Assembly (NCBI GenBank): GCA_046563655.1
Contig: CM102288.1
Coordinates: 5,456,001 to 5,520,000 of the forward strand
Direction: 5' to 3'
DNA: 64,000 nucleotides
Origin: Yuukianura sp. NJ FZ-2021
Taxonomy: Eukaryota
The notes under the pieces are model-generated. The model had not been told where the DNA came from. It saw only the letters and a program-made list of their open reading frames with translations, and ran no database searches. This document shows positions 27,901 to 41,121 of the stretch, one piece after another; the first letter of the stretch is position 1; each line of letters begins with the position of its first letter. Both the position numbers and the translations under genes were made by a program.

Positions 27901-30235
27901 ATCCGAAGCAAGACTTCATATGGTCAAGTTCAGAACAGTATTTTCCCAAAATAGGATTTTTATGGAATACTTCCGGAGGGGAAGCTGCTGCAGCAGAAAA
28001 GCTTAAGATTCCAACTTCTGTTAAGGGAACAAACGGAAACACAGTCTGCGTGAACTCAAACACTGTTTGGGCTTTTTGACATTCCCCAAATTTCCAAGCT
28101 GTTCGCCAGATAACAAATGCCTTTCAGCTTAAAAAAATATTCATAAATTTTATGAAAATTCATGAAATGATTTTTTTTTTGAAAAACATAGAACACGAAA
28201 CTGTTCAATCAAGTTAAGACTTCCATCGCATGTCAAAGGGCAATGAAAAGTCATACTCACGAAATAAACTAAAACTCAACATAAAAATAAAAACTTTGTC
28301 CAATTTCTTACTTATTCTGTCCGTACTGCCCCCATTTTCCTGTTTCAATTCACTTTTACTTTTGGCAGAGAGAAAAGTGAAATTGTACCGTACTATCCTT
28401 TTTCATGATTACTTAATTCAGTAAAAGTGGAGAAATCAATTGAATTACTTTCAAAATCTAGTGGAAAAGGACATGCGAAAAACTAAAATTCCAAAATACA
28501 TTTTAGTACATTCTACTACATTTCGTGTGGAACAAGCGAAAGTTAAGAGAAAGTGAATAATATAGTTACATTTGTAAATCTAAATGAGTGATACAAAGTG
28601 GGTCGATTGCAATTTGAAACTGGCGGGGTCATGACCTCGGAGTGGCAATTCAACTGTCAAATGACCCCCCGTTAGCCACTTCCAAATTTAGTTGAAGCGT
28701 AATTTGCATCTACCTCACTCACTTTCTAATTACTTTAGGCCTGGTTTGGTTTAAATCAACAAAGCTAAACTGAAATCATCTTGCAGGTCATTTTTTAAAA
28801 CCAAATTTTTGTTTCAATTGAGCTTAGATTTTAAAAAATTTGCAACCAAAAACACATGACAAGTGAACAGCAAACCCATAATAATAAAAATTTCGCGACG
28901 TTTAATTCAAAAAAACGAGAAATTTTGTCAAACCTTTTTTTTTCCAAAAAATTTTCTTCGTCAAAGTTTTTAAATTTCGTATGTTAATATTGGTCTACGT
29001 TCACTCCGTTTCATCTACCGAAGTTGTGTTTACTATGAACAGATACGGAAAATTTTATTTGCACAAAAACTAACTTAATTAACTCCACGGATTAACCTAA
29101 TTAACAAATGTAGTTAGTAAACTGACTTACTTGAAATGTGCTGAAGTGTTGCTTTCTCATGTGACCTTAGAGTGAAAGTTGGTTAGAATTGAGAATGAGG
29201 AGGATTATTTTGCCCCTTTGTCTTCTGTTGTGCAAGGTCAATGATACAAAATGCAACAAACGACAAAAGTATGAAAGAAGTTCCTTTGTGATCCCAAAAA
29301 TCAATTGAAAATTGATGAAATTGATGGAAAATTGGCAACTTGAATTGATTGTTTTGAGGGGAACACTGTGTCTGCGGTTTTCTTATTTTCCAACAACGTT
29401 TAGGATTGCAGGTACAACTGTTAGCTTTAGCAAAATGGCACTAAAAAATCCATCTGTACAAACGGAAGCCTCTTTACTACATGAACAGACACACCATGAC
29501 TCCCACATGTCAATACAATTCAACACCACTTTAGCAGATTATCAATCTTCTGACAGGGATACACAAGTACACGCAAACGCACCAAACGCAAAAAAATGAC
29601 GAAAAAAAAACGTTGACTAATAAATTGACTTTGAACGTTTTTTTATGGCAAAAAAACATCGACAGTTCCAAAAGATGATTGCTCAAAACTTCGATTTTTT
29701 TTTGGCAAAAATTTCCAAATTTTATGGCAATAGTAAGAGTATACGCGGATGGACGCAGAAGAGGTGTTCTCCTTCACTCGAGTCCTGAATCGGATCTGAC
29801 TGTTCCCCTCATGTGTGCATTTCCTTTTGTTTACGAATGAAACACACTTCACAACCAAACGCACTGCCATGCATCAACTCCATAAAATCCAGAGGTTTAT
29901 CATTCCATCAACAACGTTTTCAGAAAACATGACAACTTCGTGTCATGTTTTCAAAATATATCAATTCTAAACCAAACTCTGAACTAAAAAAAATCCTTTA
30001 AGCTTTTGTATTGTTTGGCAGCATTTTGAAATTTTCTCGCTAAAAGCAACCGTTCGCAAATGCAGCACCGTCTTTCATTACTTTCGTAAATTCCTGTTTA
30101 CGGCCGGTTTATTTTACCTTATAATTTTCAACCAATATTATTGTAAACCTCTAAACATATGTAATCATGTATACGCTAAATATGTAAGTATGTAAATATG
30201 TAAAGCTAAATTTGAATTCTGGTAAATATGTAAAG

Positions 30236-31983
30236 TTAAATTTGAATTCTGGTAAGTGTTATGCGGAGTTCACGAAATGATTTCGTCGTAAATCGACTTT
30301 CGTTTCGTTCGGAAGCGTTTTTAGTTTGTGGTTTCTGCAGAAGAGTTTTATTTTTATGAGCTTGGCTTGCCAAATGACTCCTTAAACCGCTCGAAGTTTT
30401 ATAATCTGCTTGACACAGTGTGCAAACGTTAGGTCGTTCTCCAGTATGAACTCGCATGTGGTCGGTGAGTTCTGTTTGGTTCAAGAATTTCTTTTCACAC
30501 CACTTGCAGTTGTACAGTTTTTGTCCTCGGTGGCGATTCATGTGTTCCGAATAAGTCTGTCTGTGAGAAAATGCTTTTCCACAAGTTGAACACTGAAAGG
30601 CTGACGTAGTTCGCATATGGGCGACAGCCCATCCGTTCGATTTGTCTGAAAATTTGCACAGTTGATGTCGAGGTCAATATGATCAACTTTTGTTCAGGGT
30701 CCAGATGGGGCATCAAGCGGTTTGACCTCCAGGGGTCACCAAAGGTCATGGAGGTCATCCTATGACTACACCCCACAAGTTAGGTGTCGTTGAAAAGCTG
30801 TGGATCTGCTGATTCCAAAAATATACGGGTATCCATACTTTGGTTCAACCGCTTAGCCGATATAGGTCAAGAAAGGTCATGTTTTCCGTTGGAGTTGTGC
30901 AAGTTATTTAAATGAGATATTTCTTGACCCATATCCGTTACGTGGTTGAACCAAGGTATGGATACCCATATATTTTTGGAATCAGCAGATCCACAGCTTT
31001 CCAACGACACCTAACTTGTGGGAAGTAGTCACAGGATGACCCCCATGACCTTTGGTGACCCCTGGAGAGTCAAAACCGCTTGATGCCCCATCTGGACTCT
31101 GAACAAAAGTTGCTCATATTGACCTCGAGATCAACTGTACAAATTTTCAGACAAATCGAACGGATGGGCTGTCGCCCATAAGCGAACTACGTCGGCCTTT
31201 GTTGAGCCAGTCCTCGTGCGTTTTTAAGTGAGCTAGGCGATTTCCTATGATTGACTTGTGACAGAATTTGCATATGATTGGTTTTCCAAGTCCGTGTGTA
31301 TGGCGCATGTGCTTTTCCAGATCCAGATTTCGAACGAACGTTTTGGGGCACGCTGTACATTTCCTGTTTTTCTGTGCTCCATGACACTCCATATGAGCTG
31401 AAAGTTGTTCCTTCCGCCGGCCTACGTAGGGACAAATGGAGCACTTGAATTCCATAACGCCGTCGTGAATTTTTTGGTGCTGTTTTAAGCCGATCGCTCG
31501 AACAAATTTTTTTGGACATACTGTACACTGGAATGGTTTGTTCCCAGTATGCCGCCGATTCATATGCTCAGCAAGCGCAGTAGCAGAAGCTGACGCGTAT
31601 TTGCAGACGTCGCACATGTATTTGCTTTTTCTGGTGTGTGTAATGAGATGTCTTTCTAAATTGACCTTCCTTGGAAACTCCTTTTCACAATATTCGCATT
31701 TTTCCAGGCCCTTGCCGGTGTGCATACGGAAGTGAGTGACCAAATTTTGTTTTTGAGTAAACGTTTTGGGACAAACTGTACATTTGTAAGGTTTGATCTT
31801 CAAGTGGCTTGCGGAATGAATCATCATGGCTTTACTGGTTGCGTACTTAAATCCACACGTTGAGCACTGGAAAGGCTTGGTGTCAAAGTGTACATGTATA
31901 GAATGTTTAAGGTAGCTATGAGCACCCGAAAAACTCTTGCAGCAAACGCTGCATCCAAATACAGTTTTCAGCGGTTTCGTCAT
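30236..31983 (-). CDS. C2H2 zinc-finger protein (12 fingers), interrupted after finger 9 by a 599-bp insertion; this allele is predicted truncated
   Basis: ORF 31147-32037 has 9 CxxC...HxxxH fingers with TGxKP-like linkers; ORF 30236-30616 has 3 more. Removing 30599-31197 fuses them in frame (...HEDWLNK^FQCSTCGKAF...). Likely start ATG 31983 after a 5' intron (~31997-32080, GTAAGT...TTTCAG). Confidence 0.88.
30599..31197. mobile_element. Palindromic (foldback) non-autonomous DNA transposon, Spy-like, copy 1 (599 bp)
   Basis: Two ~275-bp inverted arms (30599-~30874 and ~30920-31197) around a ~45-bp loop; termini GGCTGACGTAGTTCGC...GCGAACTACGTCGGCC; flanked by AAA and TTT without TSD. Confidence 0.88.
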
Positions 31984-33065
31984 TTCCGGTTTGTTTCTGA
32001 AATAAATAGATAGTTTTAAAGCGCTTTTTATAATCATTAAACCATTAAAAGTAGAATTAAAGTTAAGATTTTAAACTTACCAGTTAATAATGTCACCTTA
32101 AACTCAAATAAAAGCGAATTTTTACGAATTTACAATTGGTTGAGTTTAAGAAATTTTTTAACCTTTTCTGCTGACACTAACGCTTTATGTTGTGCTACTA
32201 CACAATTGAGTCGACTAAATTCTGGTGTGTTTGGTTAAGCCTCAACTTCAAATGCACAAATGAATTTCATATTTTTGAATAAATGCAAGGGTTGCCCATA
32301 TTTTGTGTGGAAATTTTATGAATAGGAGAAAGGATATGCCCACAGGCAAAGTATTTTTAAAAAGTCAGAAACAAAGCACAGGAATTAAAATACTTTTTGT
32401 GTTTTTATCAACTGTTTCTGAAGTTTGGTAAAAATGAGCCTAGAAAAGCTTCAATTCATTTGAAAACTCAACAGAAGTATATTTCTTTGTTCATAAATTA
32501 AGTTTTCAAAAACAACTTTTTTAAAAAATTGAAGTATATTATACAAAAAAGTATGAACTTATTTAGAAACTGAATTGAAGTGAAATATAACGGGAGGAAT
32601 ATAATAAATTTATTTTGCACAACTAATTGCTTGAGGTATTTTTACCTGGTTTTTTATTAAAATTTGAAATTATATCCGAACTTTATTGTAAGAAATTTGA
32701 GGATTTGTAGCAAACTTTGGGACACTTTTCGCTTATGAAGTTTTAATTTGCTGAATTTGACATTTGCAATTTCATAGGCCGTGGTCTTGTCATAAAATAA
32801 ACAAAAAACTAAGCGGCAGAATTTAAAAAATAGCTGTTCTTGCTCATCGCACGACGAAAAAGTGTTTACACAAAGGTTTATTTGCTCTTTACAATATCAA
32901 TACAGTTTTAAAATCAATTTTTGAAAAAATGAAACAACCCCTAAGGATTTTCGGACAAAGTTTTTAGTTGAAGTTTTGCGCGGGTTGCTACCAAACAAAA
33001 CTTTGCGTTAAGGAATTCAGAAATTTTCATCAGCACCAACATTCAAAGTTTAACTGTGATAAACC

Positions 33066-35555
33066 ATGTCTCGTTTTCTTTTTTTCGCAAAAATTTTTAT
33101 TTTCTTCGCATCAGATAGATTAAAAGAATCAACAGTTTCAGCGGAGCAAGTTATTATAGCGGAACCACCCACCGGGGAGAAATCAGTAACTCCAGAAGCT
33201 TCAAAAACTGCTTTCCAAATTGTGAATCTGCATCAACTGATAAACCAGTTTCCACACAGTGACAATTTGATAGTAGCAGAAAATCATCAATTCCAAATCA
33301 CTTCAAGTTTTGCTGTGCCTATACAGTTGTATTACGCTTGCTTTAAAAATGGAACTGATGACCCTGCTATGGACGACCTTTACATGAGAAGTCACATACG
33401 TGGTTACACATGGTTAAGTCATGGTTACAAACTAAACTTTATTCAAGTTTTCCTTGTACTGCCCACGGAGACTAGTTTGGCACACAAACTGTTTCGTGGT
33501 ACTTTTGTTTTCGACGGTAACAACAGTTTGTTCAGCCGCCAGTTTAGTGGAGTAGATTCATTTCATATTATTGATTTGAAGTATTCCGACGATATTAAAA
33601 ACTTGTTAGTGAACCGCTTTCCAGATGCATTAATACTTTATCATCGCCTAAAATTGCATTCTAAATTCATTAAGAATAGTGACAATTACCTAATTTCACA
33701 AATATTTTTGTACTGCGAGATAAGAGTATGGGGGAAGTTCCAAATATTTGAAACGTGGTGGGGTAAGTGGAACGAAATGAACACGACGCAAGCGCTGTCT
33801 TTCAAAAACTTTCGACAATTGAGCGCAACAGTTGAAATAGAAGGAAGAAATGCTCTTTTCTTTCCTGAACAAAATATAACCGAAGGAAAAATAGCAGTTG
33901 ATAAAATTTTGAATCCGTTTAAAGTAAATGAACTTATACCTAAGTGGTATGATTTCCATCACTATGTTGGATTACTTTTACATTACAAACAGGGAACGTT
34001 CGTTTCGATGGACAAAACCAAATTCCTACAAGAAATACATTCATTGGAACAAGGGTATGGTGTGTATTTAAAGCTTCAGCATCCAATGAAAGATATTTTT
34101 GAATTTCTCCCAATTGCGTATAAGGCTATAAATTTCTTAACTTGTGATGGAACAAGTGACACCCTGACTTTTGAAATTTATAGAAAGCCATACGATGCAT
34201 GGTCTTGGGGTGCAATATTAGCAACAGGAATTTTGTTAATATGTTATGCTACATTGGCTGTATGTCGGCAATCATACAAAACGTCTTTACATCTCGTTTG
34301 CTTGGACTTTCTATTTGTGTTTTACGGAAGTCTGGTTGAAATATTTCGTGAAACACAATACAATATTGGCCGAAATCGCAAAATACCTGTGATTACCTTG
34401 TGGATGTTGATGAGTGTAATTCTGACAAACGGATACAAGGGAGTGGTCGTATCGTATTTAACAATGGGAAGACCAATTTGGCAAAAATATGAAAAGTTCA
34501 AGCAGTTAGAGGGCTTTGTTGTATTAGCCAATCCAAAATATTCGTGCAGATACATCTACGACATTGTTCATTTTCACAATTCCTATGTCGAATTTCATTC
34601 AGTAGAGCTTAAGGCACTTTTCTATTGCGAATGCGAGTGTGCCTCCTATGAACGTTCAAAACATCCCAAACCAAAAACTTACTTTCATTCTTTTCCAGTT
34701 GGTATTTCCGATAATACTGGTCTCAGAGGAATAGTAGATTACACCAAATCAAGAGACCTACACTGTCGTGAGTGCGGTAGCGTCAAAATTGTTAATGCGT
34801 ATTGTCATGACAACTACGTATACGTTAACCAAACTCAACAAATTACTAGCCTACGGCTTCCTGGCAAAGACGACTTGACTGTAAGGCGTAAATTCCCATC
34901 CTCGTTTATACTTGCTGAACTCCGAGTGTTGAAGATGCCCATACTCTTTCTACCCAGACATGTACAACAAACGCTATATGAAATTCTGTCTCTTTGTTCC
35001 AAATTGGCGCTTCTGGCACCAGAGGAAGATTTAGATATATTTTTAGCACAATACCAAAAACACCATGCACGTTTAAACTCTAATGGAGATAAAGAAGTAA
35101 TCTTCCGTAAAGGGACGGAACCTCTTGGCACATTTGTTCTAGGGTACGAACTAGTTGCTAAGCATCAATACGAACGATTGCATCAACTGATGCAGTCTGG
35201 AATTTATCGTATGTGGGAAAAATGGTTTCCGATCACTAAACCTAATGCAATAGACAAAATTATGAATGAGCACGAAAAAACTGAATCACTGAACCAAAGC
35301 CCCAAAAAACTAAAGTTGACAGGAAACATTGTATCATGTTTTTATATGATTCTGTGTTGTTTAGGTATGTGTACTTTAGTACTACTTTACGAAGTAAGAC
35401 TGCTAATTTTTAGTTGTTTGACTCAACTAATAACTATGTTAAAAATTGCCATTCTACGTTACGTCACAATTAGGAAACTTAAAACATTTAAGTTTCCTTG
35501 TTTTCGTCATAAAACTACACAAATGTTTACAGCAAGACAACGCCGCCAGGAATAG
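33066..35555 (+). CDS. Divergent ionotropic receptor (IR, variant iGluR chemoreceptor), intronless, 829 aa
   Basis: Long single ORF; hydrophobic N-terminus; NFLTCDG..TFEIYRKPYDAWSW before TM1, WMLMSVILTNGYKG (M3-like), LMQSGIYRMW and a C-terminal TM, the layout typical of divergent arthropod IRs. Confidence 0.8.
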   Translation: MSRFLFFAKIFIFFASDRLKESTVSAEQVIIAEPPTGEKSVTPEASKTAFQIVNLHQLINQFPHSDNLIVAENHQFQITSSFAVPIQLYYACFKNGTDDPAMDDLYMRSHIRGYTWLSHGYKLNFIQVFLVLPTETSLAHKLFRGTFVFDGNNSLFSRQFSGVDSFHIIDLKYSDDIKNLLVNRFPDALILYHRLKLHSKFIKNSDNYLISQIFLYCEIRVWGKFQIFETWWGKWNEMNTTQALSFKNFRQLSATVEIEGRNALFFPEQNITEGKIAVDKILNPFKVNELIPKWYDFHHYVGLLLHYKQGTFVSMDKTKFLQEIHSLEQGYGVYLKLQHPMKDIFEFLPIAYKAINFLTCDGTSDTLTFEIYRKPYDAWSWGAILATGILLICYATLAVCRQSYKTSLHLVCLDFLFVFYGSLVEIFRETQYNIGRNRKIPVITLWMLMSVILTNGYKGVVVSYLTMGRPIWQKYEKFKQLEGFVVLANPKYSCRYIYDIVHFHNSYVEFHSVELKALFYCECECASYERSKHPKPKTYFHSFPVGISDNTGLRGIVDYTKSRDLHCRECGSVKIVNAYCHDNYVYVNQTQQITSLRLPGKDDLTVRRKFPSSFILAELRVLKMPILFLPRHVQQTLYEILSLCSKLALLAPEEDLDIFLAQYQKHHARLNSNGDKEVIFRKGTEPLGTFVLGYELVAKHQYERLHQLMQSGIYRMWEKWFPITKPNAIDKIMNEHEKTESLNQSPKKLKLTGNIVSCFYMILCCLGMCTLVLLYEVRLLIFSCLTQLITMLKIAILRYVTIRKLKTFKFPCFRHKTTQMFTARQRRQE

Positions 35556-38294
35556 AAGTGAACAGCACACTTGTAAGTTCTAGAAGAATTAATCATGGCA
35601 TTTCACAACTCCAATTTGTTTTCGATTTGCTGGATGAATATAAGCAGAATTTTTGTTTGAAATAATAATGAAAACTCTCTTGTATGTTTTAATACAAAGA
35701 ACTGTGATTCTTCTGAAAATTATAAGAACGATTTCCTGGTGGCATTTTTTTCAGAAAGTAAAGAGAAGATTCAAAAAAAGAAAATTCATAAAATATTTCA
35801 ACTAGCATTATTTTGTATTGTTTTTTTTTACTCCAAATTTGTTAATATTAGCAGTTTTGAATTTTCTGCAGAGATCTTTCTGTTTTCGTACTTAATTTAA
35901 CGCGTTAATTAATGCTAATAGTAGTCGACATTTCCTGTAGAATAAAGTTACCAAAGTTAAAACTACACAAGAGGACAGAGTGCTTTAAAATACAAGACTT
36001 GTTTCATGAGATTCATGTTTGATACCGTGATTCATGTTTGTTTTTGAAAATTTTAGGTGTGAGCTAAAATTTAGAAATTGGCGGTTGAAAATTTTTGAAA
36101 TGGGGAATATAACTGTGCTTTAAATAAGTTCTGGATGATTGTAAAGCCCGTGGTTTAGAAGCATTACTCGAAATTTTATTTTTCACGTTCTTTCCCAAAA
36201 GGTGTAATATCGAATTCCAAAATTTAAAATTTAAATACACATATTGACGCAGAAACAATAAGTATAGTGTTTGCATAATTGCAAACCAATCTGACTAAAT
36301 TTCAGCACAAACTTCTTAAAACTTGGAAAATTCCTCAGCATATTCTTTTTACTTATGTATTGACGTGAAGTAAAGAAAATTAAAAGTAAAATTGTACGAA
36401 GTAAAGTAAAAATACTCCGTCTGTTTAAAAGACAATCATTTTGAACCTGTTGAATCTGGTTGCTCATAAAATTTTATTGACGCTATTGGGTTAGACTAAG
36501 CTCATGGTTAAGACTAAAGCGTGCTTAAGCTTAAGTTAAGTTCAATGTACGGTTTAGTTAATACGGTCGTGCGTTCGCGCTAACAACTTTAAATTCCCAT
36601 AGTAACGATGGGTCCTATCTGTCTTTTCGATTCCCACAACCTACGAGTGAAACAGCTTTGCCAAGACTAAAATTTCAAAAGTCAAATTTTTTAGAAAAGG
36701 TTAAGTGAAGTTTGTGTTGATAACAAAATAACTATCAATTACCCGTTGTTTTTGAGACACTGTGGAGTACTTCTGCCAATAATTCGTGCAATCCAGAACT
36801 TTGTGCTTTCAATTTCATTAAACTCAAATTCGCTAGATGTTCCTCGTTCATCTATATGAGACACAATGTTCCTGGGATTGGATGCTGGAATCAACGTAGA
36901 AAGCCAAGTTTCTGTACCAAAAAAAATACTGTCAGTAACAATTCTTACTTGCAAAATACATTTCCAAATTAAATTTTCAACTTTTTTTCACGGTCCAGTG
37001 AAACGGTGCAGAACCCTCTGAGTATTTCTGCAGTGTAACGTCGCTCAACTTTTTGGACGAGAGCGAACCTTCTACGTACAACGAAAATTCCTTTAAAAAA
37101 AGGGGAAAAAACCAAATTGAAATTCAAAACAAAAATCAAAAATTCATATATTTTTCAAAATCTGACTGACCTCATTGTTTTTTCTTTTAATTGCGCTGGA
37201 AATGATGTACGTCCCATCAGGGATGGGGGATTCTTGAGGTTGCACAAGCGGCAAAAAGTTGCTCAAGAATAACGACAAAAACTAATGCAGTCATTTTTAG
37301 TTTTTGCAAAGCGAAAGATCGGAATCTTTTTCTTGTTTTTTTTTTCAGAACAAGTATAGTTGAAAATATTTGTATTCCTTCTGCCAGCTCAACTGCTGCT
37401 GCATATTTTATACCTTTTGACCACACCTTTGTTAACCGCTTACATTTTTTAACGAATCACTTTTACTTAGCTTCTCGCTTTAGCGGAAACACACCCTAGG
37501 TAAAGATAACGAAGTTACTGGAATTTCTGCAGGAAAACGACGAGAATTCTTTACTTTTCAAAAAGTATTTGACTCGAATTAAAACTAGCCGCACAAGCCA
37601 AAAAAAAAAAAAACTCTTTCAAAGTGCAGAATTTCGTTTTCAAAGGTTAGATTTTTTTGTTTTAGCGGAAACACTTACCACTAAAGATTACTAAGTTTAC
37701 CGGAATTTATTCAGGAAAACGCAAGATAATGCATTCATGGCTCAAAGTTTCGCAATTCTTGGAGCTTTGCATCAAGTAATTGGCAAAATTTAAAAAAAAA
37801 TCCACACAAGCAAAGAAGAAAAAAGAATTTCTTTCCAAGGTTTTTAGAACTCGGTTTTTTCACGCTTGACCCCAATTTGTATTAACACTCAATGCTGACA
37901 TACGAAACCTATGTTTGGTCGTGGGCTTAATATTTTTTGAGACAAATTCTTATAATGTGATGCCAATTTCGAGGCCAGGTCAAAGTCAAGCTAAGTCCCG
38001 TGATATCGTCATGGAATGGCCATTCCCAGGCAATAGTCTAAGCCTTTCGAACTGTGCGCAAAATATTAATGTAATTGATTGTAAGATATGCTCTTTATGT
38101 AAAATGCTAGGAAAAATGTTAATGTAAATATTTACAAAGTCGGAAAAAACCCAAGATTCGACTTTCGGGAGTTCAGTGTAAATACCGTGGGCGAGAATGA
38201 GAATCGCCTCATGCTAAAAGTTTACAAAACGTCTTCATAAAAAGCTTTTATGTTTCTGTGTTAAACTTTACTTTAGTGCAAAGACAATTTCAAA

Positions 38295-41121
38295 ATGAGG
38301 TTTACTATAAAATTGGCATTTTTCCTACCACTCTTTTCCATGTATTTTACTTTTTTCTTTGACAAACGAGAGCTAATGGTGGAAAATTTAAATAAACACT
38401 TGAATCTTTTCAACGATTGTAGAGTCCATCTCTATTTTGACACCAAAATTGTTGGTTTAGAGGAACCTTCAATTCCTGTCTACATTGGGAACGTACTTGC
38501 GATTCCCGCTCCAACAAGTCTTGACAATTTTTTCACATATGACACCCTGCAAAATTGGCACAAAGAGGTGTATCTAAACACCTCCGATTCTAAGTCACGC
38601 TTTTGTGTCATCTATTTCTTTATTCATTACACAATGAATGATGCTGGATTTACTGTCTCACATGAATTTCCGCCCAGTGGGTTTCTATTTTTTCCTGAAG
38701 CAACAGTTCTCTTTGTTGTTTTTCGTGTTTTGTGGGTACAAGAGCCACTTATCTACATTAGAGGAACCTTCAATTCCTGTCTACATTGGGAACGTACTTG
38801 CGATTCCCGCTCCAACAAGTCTTGACAATTTTTTCACATATGAAACTCTTCAAAATTGGCACAAAGAGGTGTATCTAAACACCTCCGATTCTAAGTCACG
38901 CTTTTGTGTAATCTATTTCTTTATTCATTACACAATGAATGTTGCTGGATTTACTGTCTCACATGAATTTCCGCCCGGAGGATTTCTATTTTTTCCTGGA
39001 GCAACAGTTCTCTTTGTTGTTTTTCGTGTTTTGTGGCTACAAGAACCAATTATCTACACTAGAAACTTTATACAAAACTATGAAATTCCTGTTGCAGTTT
39101 TGTCGCTGGAGGAGAAGTATTTCGGTCGCGAATCGACTCATCGGCGTTACTTTTTTGTAAACAGAATTTCCCTTGCTCCATTTCTGCACAGGAGAGACGA
39201 TGTGTTTTCAATCCCTTTGGTTTGCAGATTTGCGCTAAATAAGCAGGATTGCATACTAGGCAAAACGAGCCTCCTTCGCATTACGCTGTACCGAAACAGT
39301 CAACAAAAGTTCATAAGGCTAGGGATAGATAATAAGCGCTGTGGTTCAAGCGACATTAACATTACTGATGCACTTGTGACTAAATTTTTTGGTGTTCCGA
39401 AAACGATGGTGAGGAATACATTTTGGTTGCGTTATGACTCGCTTAAGTTAGACACAGCACGACCAGTTCCTAATCCTGGTAATGAACCTTCTGTACTCAA
39501 CATCCATTTTCTGGATGTCAATGTTTTGTTTCACTTAATTCCTGCCACAAATAGCTGTTTTACAGTTATAAACGCCGATACATTGCATGAGCCACCCAAA
39601 ACAAACCACTATTTCTTATTACGTACGTATAACCTACTCTTTGATGACGTTGGGAAAGTATTAGGAATTGAGAGAAAAGAAGGACGATTGAACATTCCGG
39701 CGTTTTGGCAAGTGGCGGTGGTAGACACGGATATAAAGAATGTGTTGTTCGCAACTTGCGATGGTGTTAATACTTCATTGACGTTTGAAATCTACTTCAA
39801 TCCATTTGACATATATAGCTGGATGTACATTCTTTTCTCGACTATTGTCCTAATTCCTGCGTCGCTGGCCTTGATGTCACTATCTAAACAGATTTCGACA
39901 CAATCCGTGGCTGTATTTGCAAAATACGTCGAATCTGCACTGCTTATATTATTGGACGTAAGTTCGTGCATTAGTGACAAGGTTCTGGACAAGCTCCAAC
40001 TAAAATTTTACCATCGAATAGTGTTTGGGACATGGTTGATACTGTGCATTGTGTTGGTGAATGCATATAAAGGACTCTTTACGTCTCAAATGTCAGGTCC
40101 ACTGAAACCGCATCATAAATACACAAAACCAACAGACCTCGGAGGCTTTCTTATATCTGGAGAAGGTAGGCTCCATTGGGAAGAACACGCGCAAAGTATT
40201 AAGAACAAAACTATGCTTTATGTTAACCCTGTTTACTGCGACTGTTTGGATCTTGGCATCGACGTAGGCCCACAAAGAGGGCTAGACGAGTGTAATGCTT
40301 TGCGAAAAGTTAGAGCTGATTTGGACTACCTCCGTTCCAAATATGTCACAAACACAACAGCAACAGAAGCCTTCTGTCGCCTTATTCCATCGAGCGCTGC
40401 AGATGATTATTGGTCAATTTTTCAAATAGGCGGATCCGGCTCAAGTGGTAAGCTGAATTGCAGCAGAGATGGTTGCAAACCAGTGTTCGTGAGTAGGTCA
40501 TTTCGTAGAATACCTAAGACTAAGTATATAGAGGGGTTTACGCGCAACCTTGCGGAATGTGACAGGCTTGCAGTTATGGATTACACAAAGCGGGTCTACA
40601 CTGCTGTAAATTATGCAGTTGCAGAATCTCACTACAGTAAGTCAGTTCCAATTCAGTTTACCATAGGAAAAGAATCAGTCGCTACTGCATGGGAGGGGTA
40701 CGCGCTTTACCGCCCGTATCCAAATCTTAGACTTGTTCAGTGCAGGATGCTACGAAGATTACAACGTCTGGTGGAAAGTGGCTTTGAAACGTTTTGGCGT
40801 GAATGGTTTGAGCGTATAATGCTGGCAACAACCAGATTGGATGCTACAGGAACCTCTACAAGAGTTCAGAAGTTACCGAAAAAGATGACACTGGAAACAA
40901 ACATTGTGTCCAGTGGTGTCGTCTGGGCTGTTGGAGTTGTAGCTGCCATGATGTTGTTAGTTGGTGAGAAATGCTCAGCCATAGACTACCGTTTACTTTG
41001 GATAGAGTTTAAGTTGTACTGTCGGCGTCATGCCTATCGGTTCAGCCGACAAAACATCCAGGCGTTTTTGAGGCGACAAGTCGTGAAAACTTCTCAATAC
41101 TTATTGACACTTTTAGAATAA
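38295..41121 (+). pseudogene. Divergent ionotropic receptor, frameshifted by a 301-bp internal tandem duplication (841 aa if one copy is removed)
   Basis: ORF 38295-38825 gives the N-terminus (paralogous to 41693); ORF 38638-41121 gives the rest (FATCDG..TFEIYFNPFD, WLILCIVLVNAYKG, LVESGF). The frames are offset by the duplication 38457-38757/38758-39058. Confidence 0.75.
38457..39058 (+). repeat. Tandem duplication, 2 x 301 bp, ~96% identical
   Basis: Both copies begin TTAGAGGAACCTTCAATTCC and end ATCTACA; 12 substitutions counted by eye. Confidence 0.95.

Noticed and set aside
30192..30254. 30-bp tandem duplication at the zinc-finger stop codon
   Set aside because: Real, but a minor slippage event with no evident functional consequence.
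30596..31200. Kolobok (TTAA TSD) or PIF/Harbinger (TWA TSD) assignment of the foldback element
   Set aside because: Neither copy has a duplicated target; the flanks are AAA and TTT.
38638..38760. N-terminus of the 827-aa ORF as the true start
   Set aside because: It is an out-of-frame reading of the first duplicated copy; the real start is 38295 by homology with 41693.
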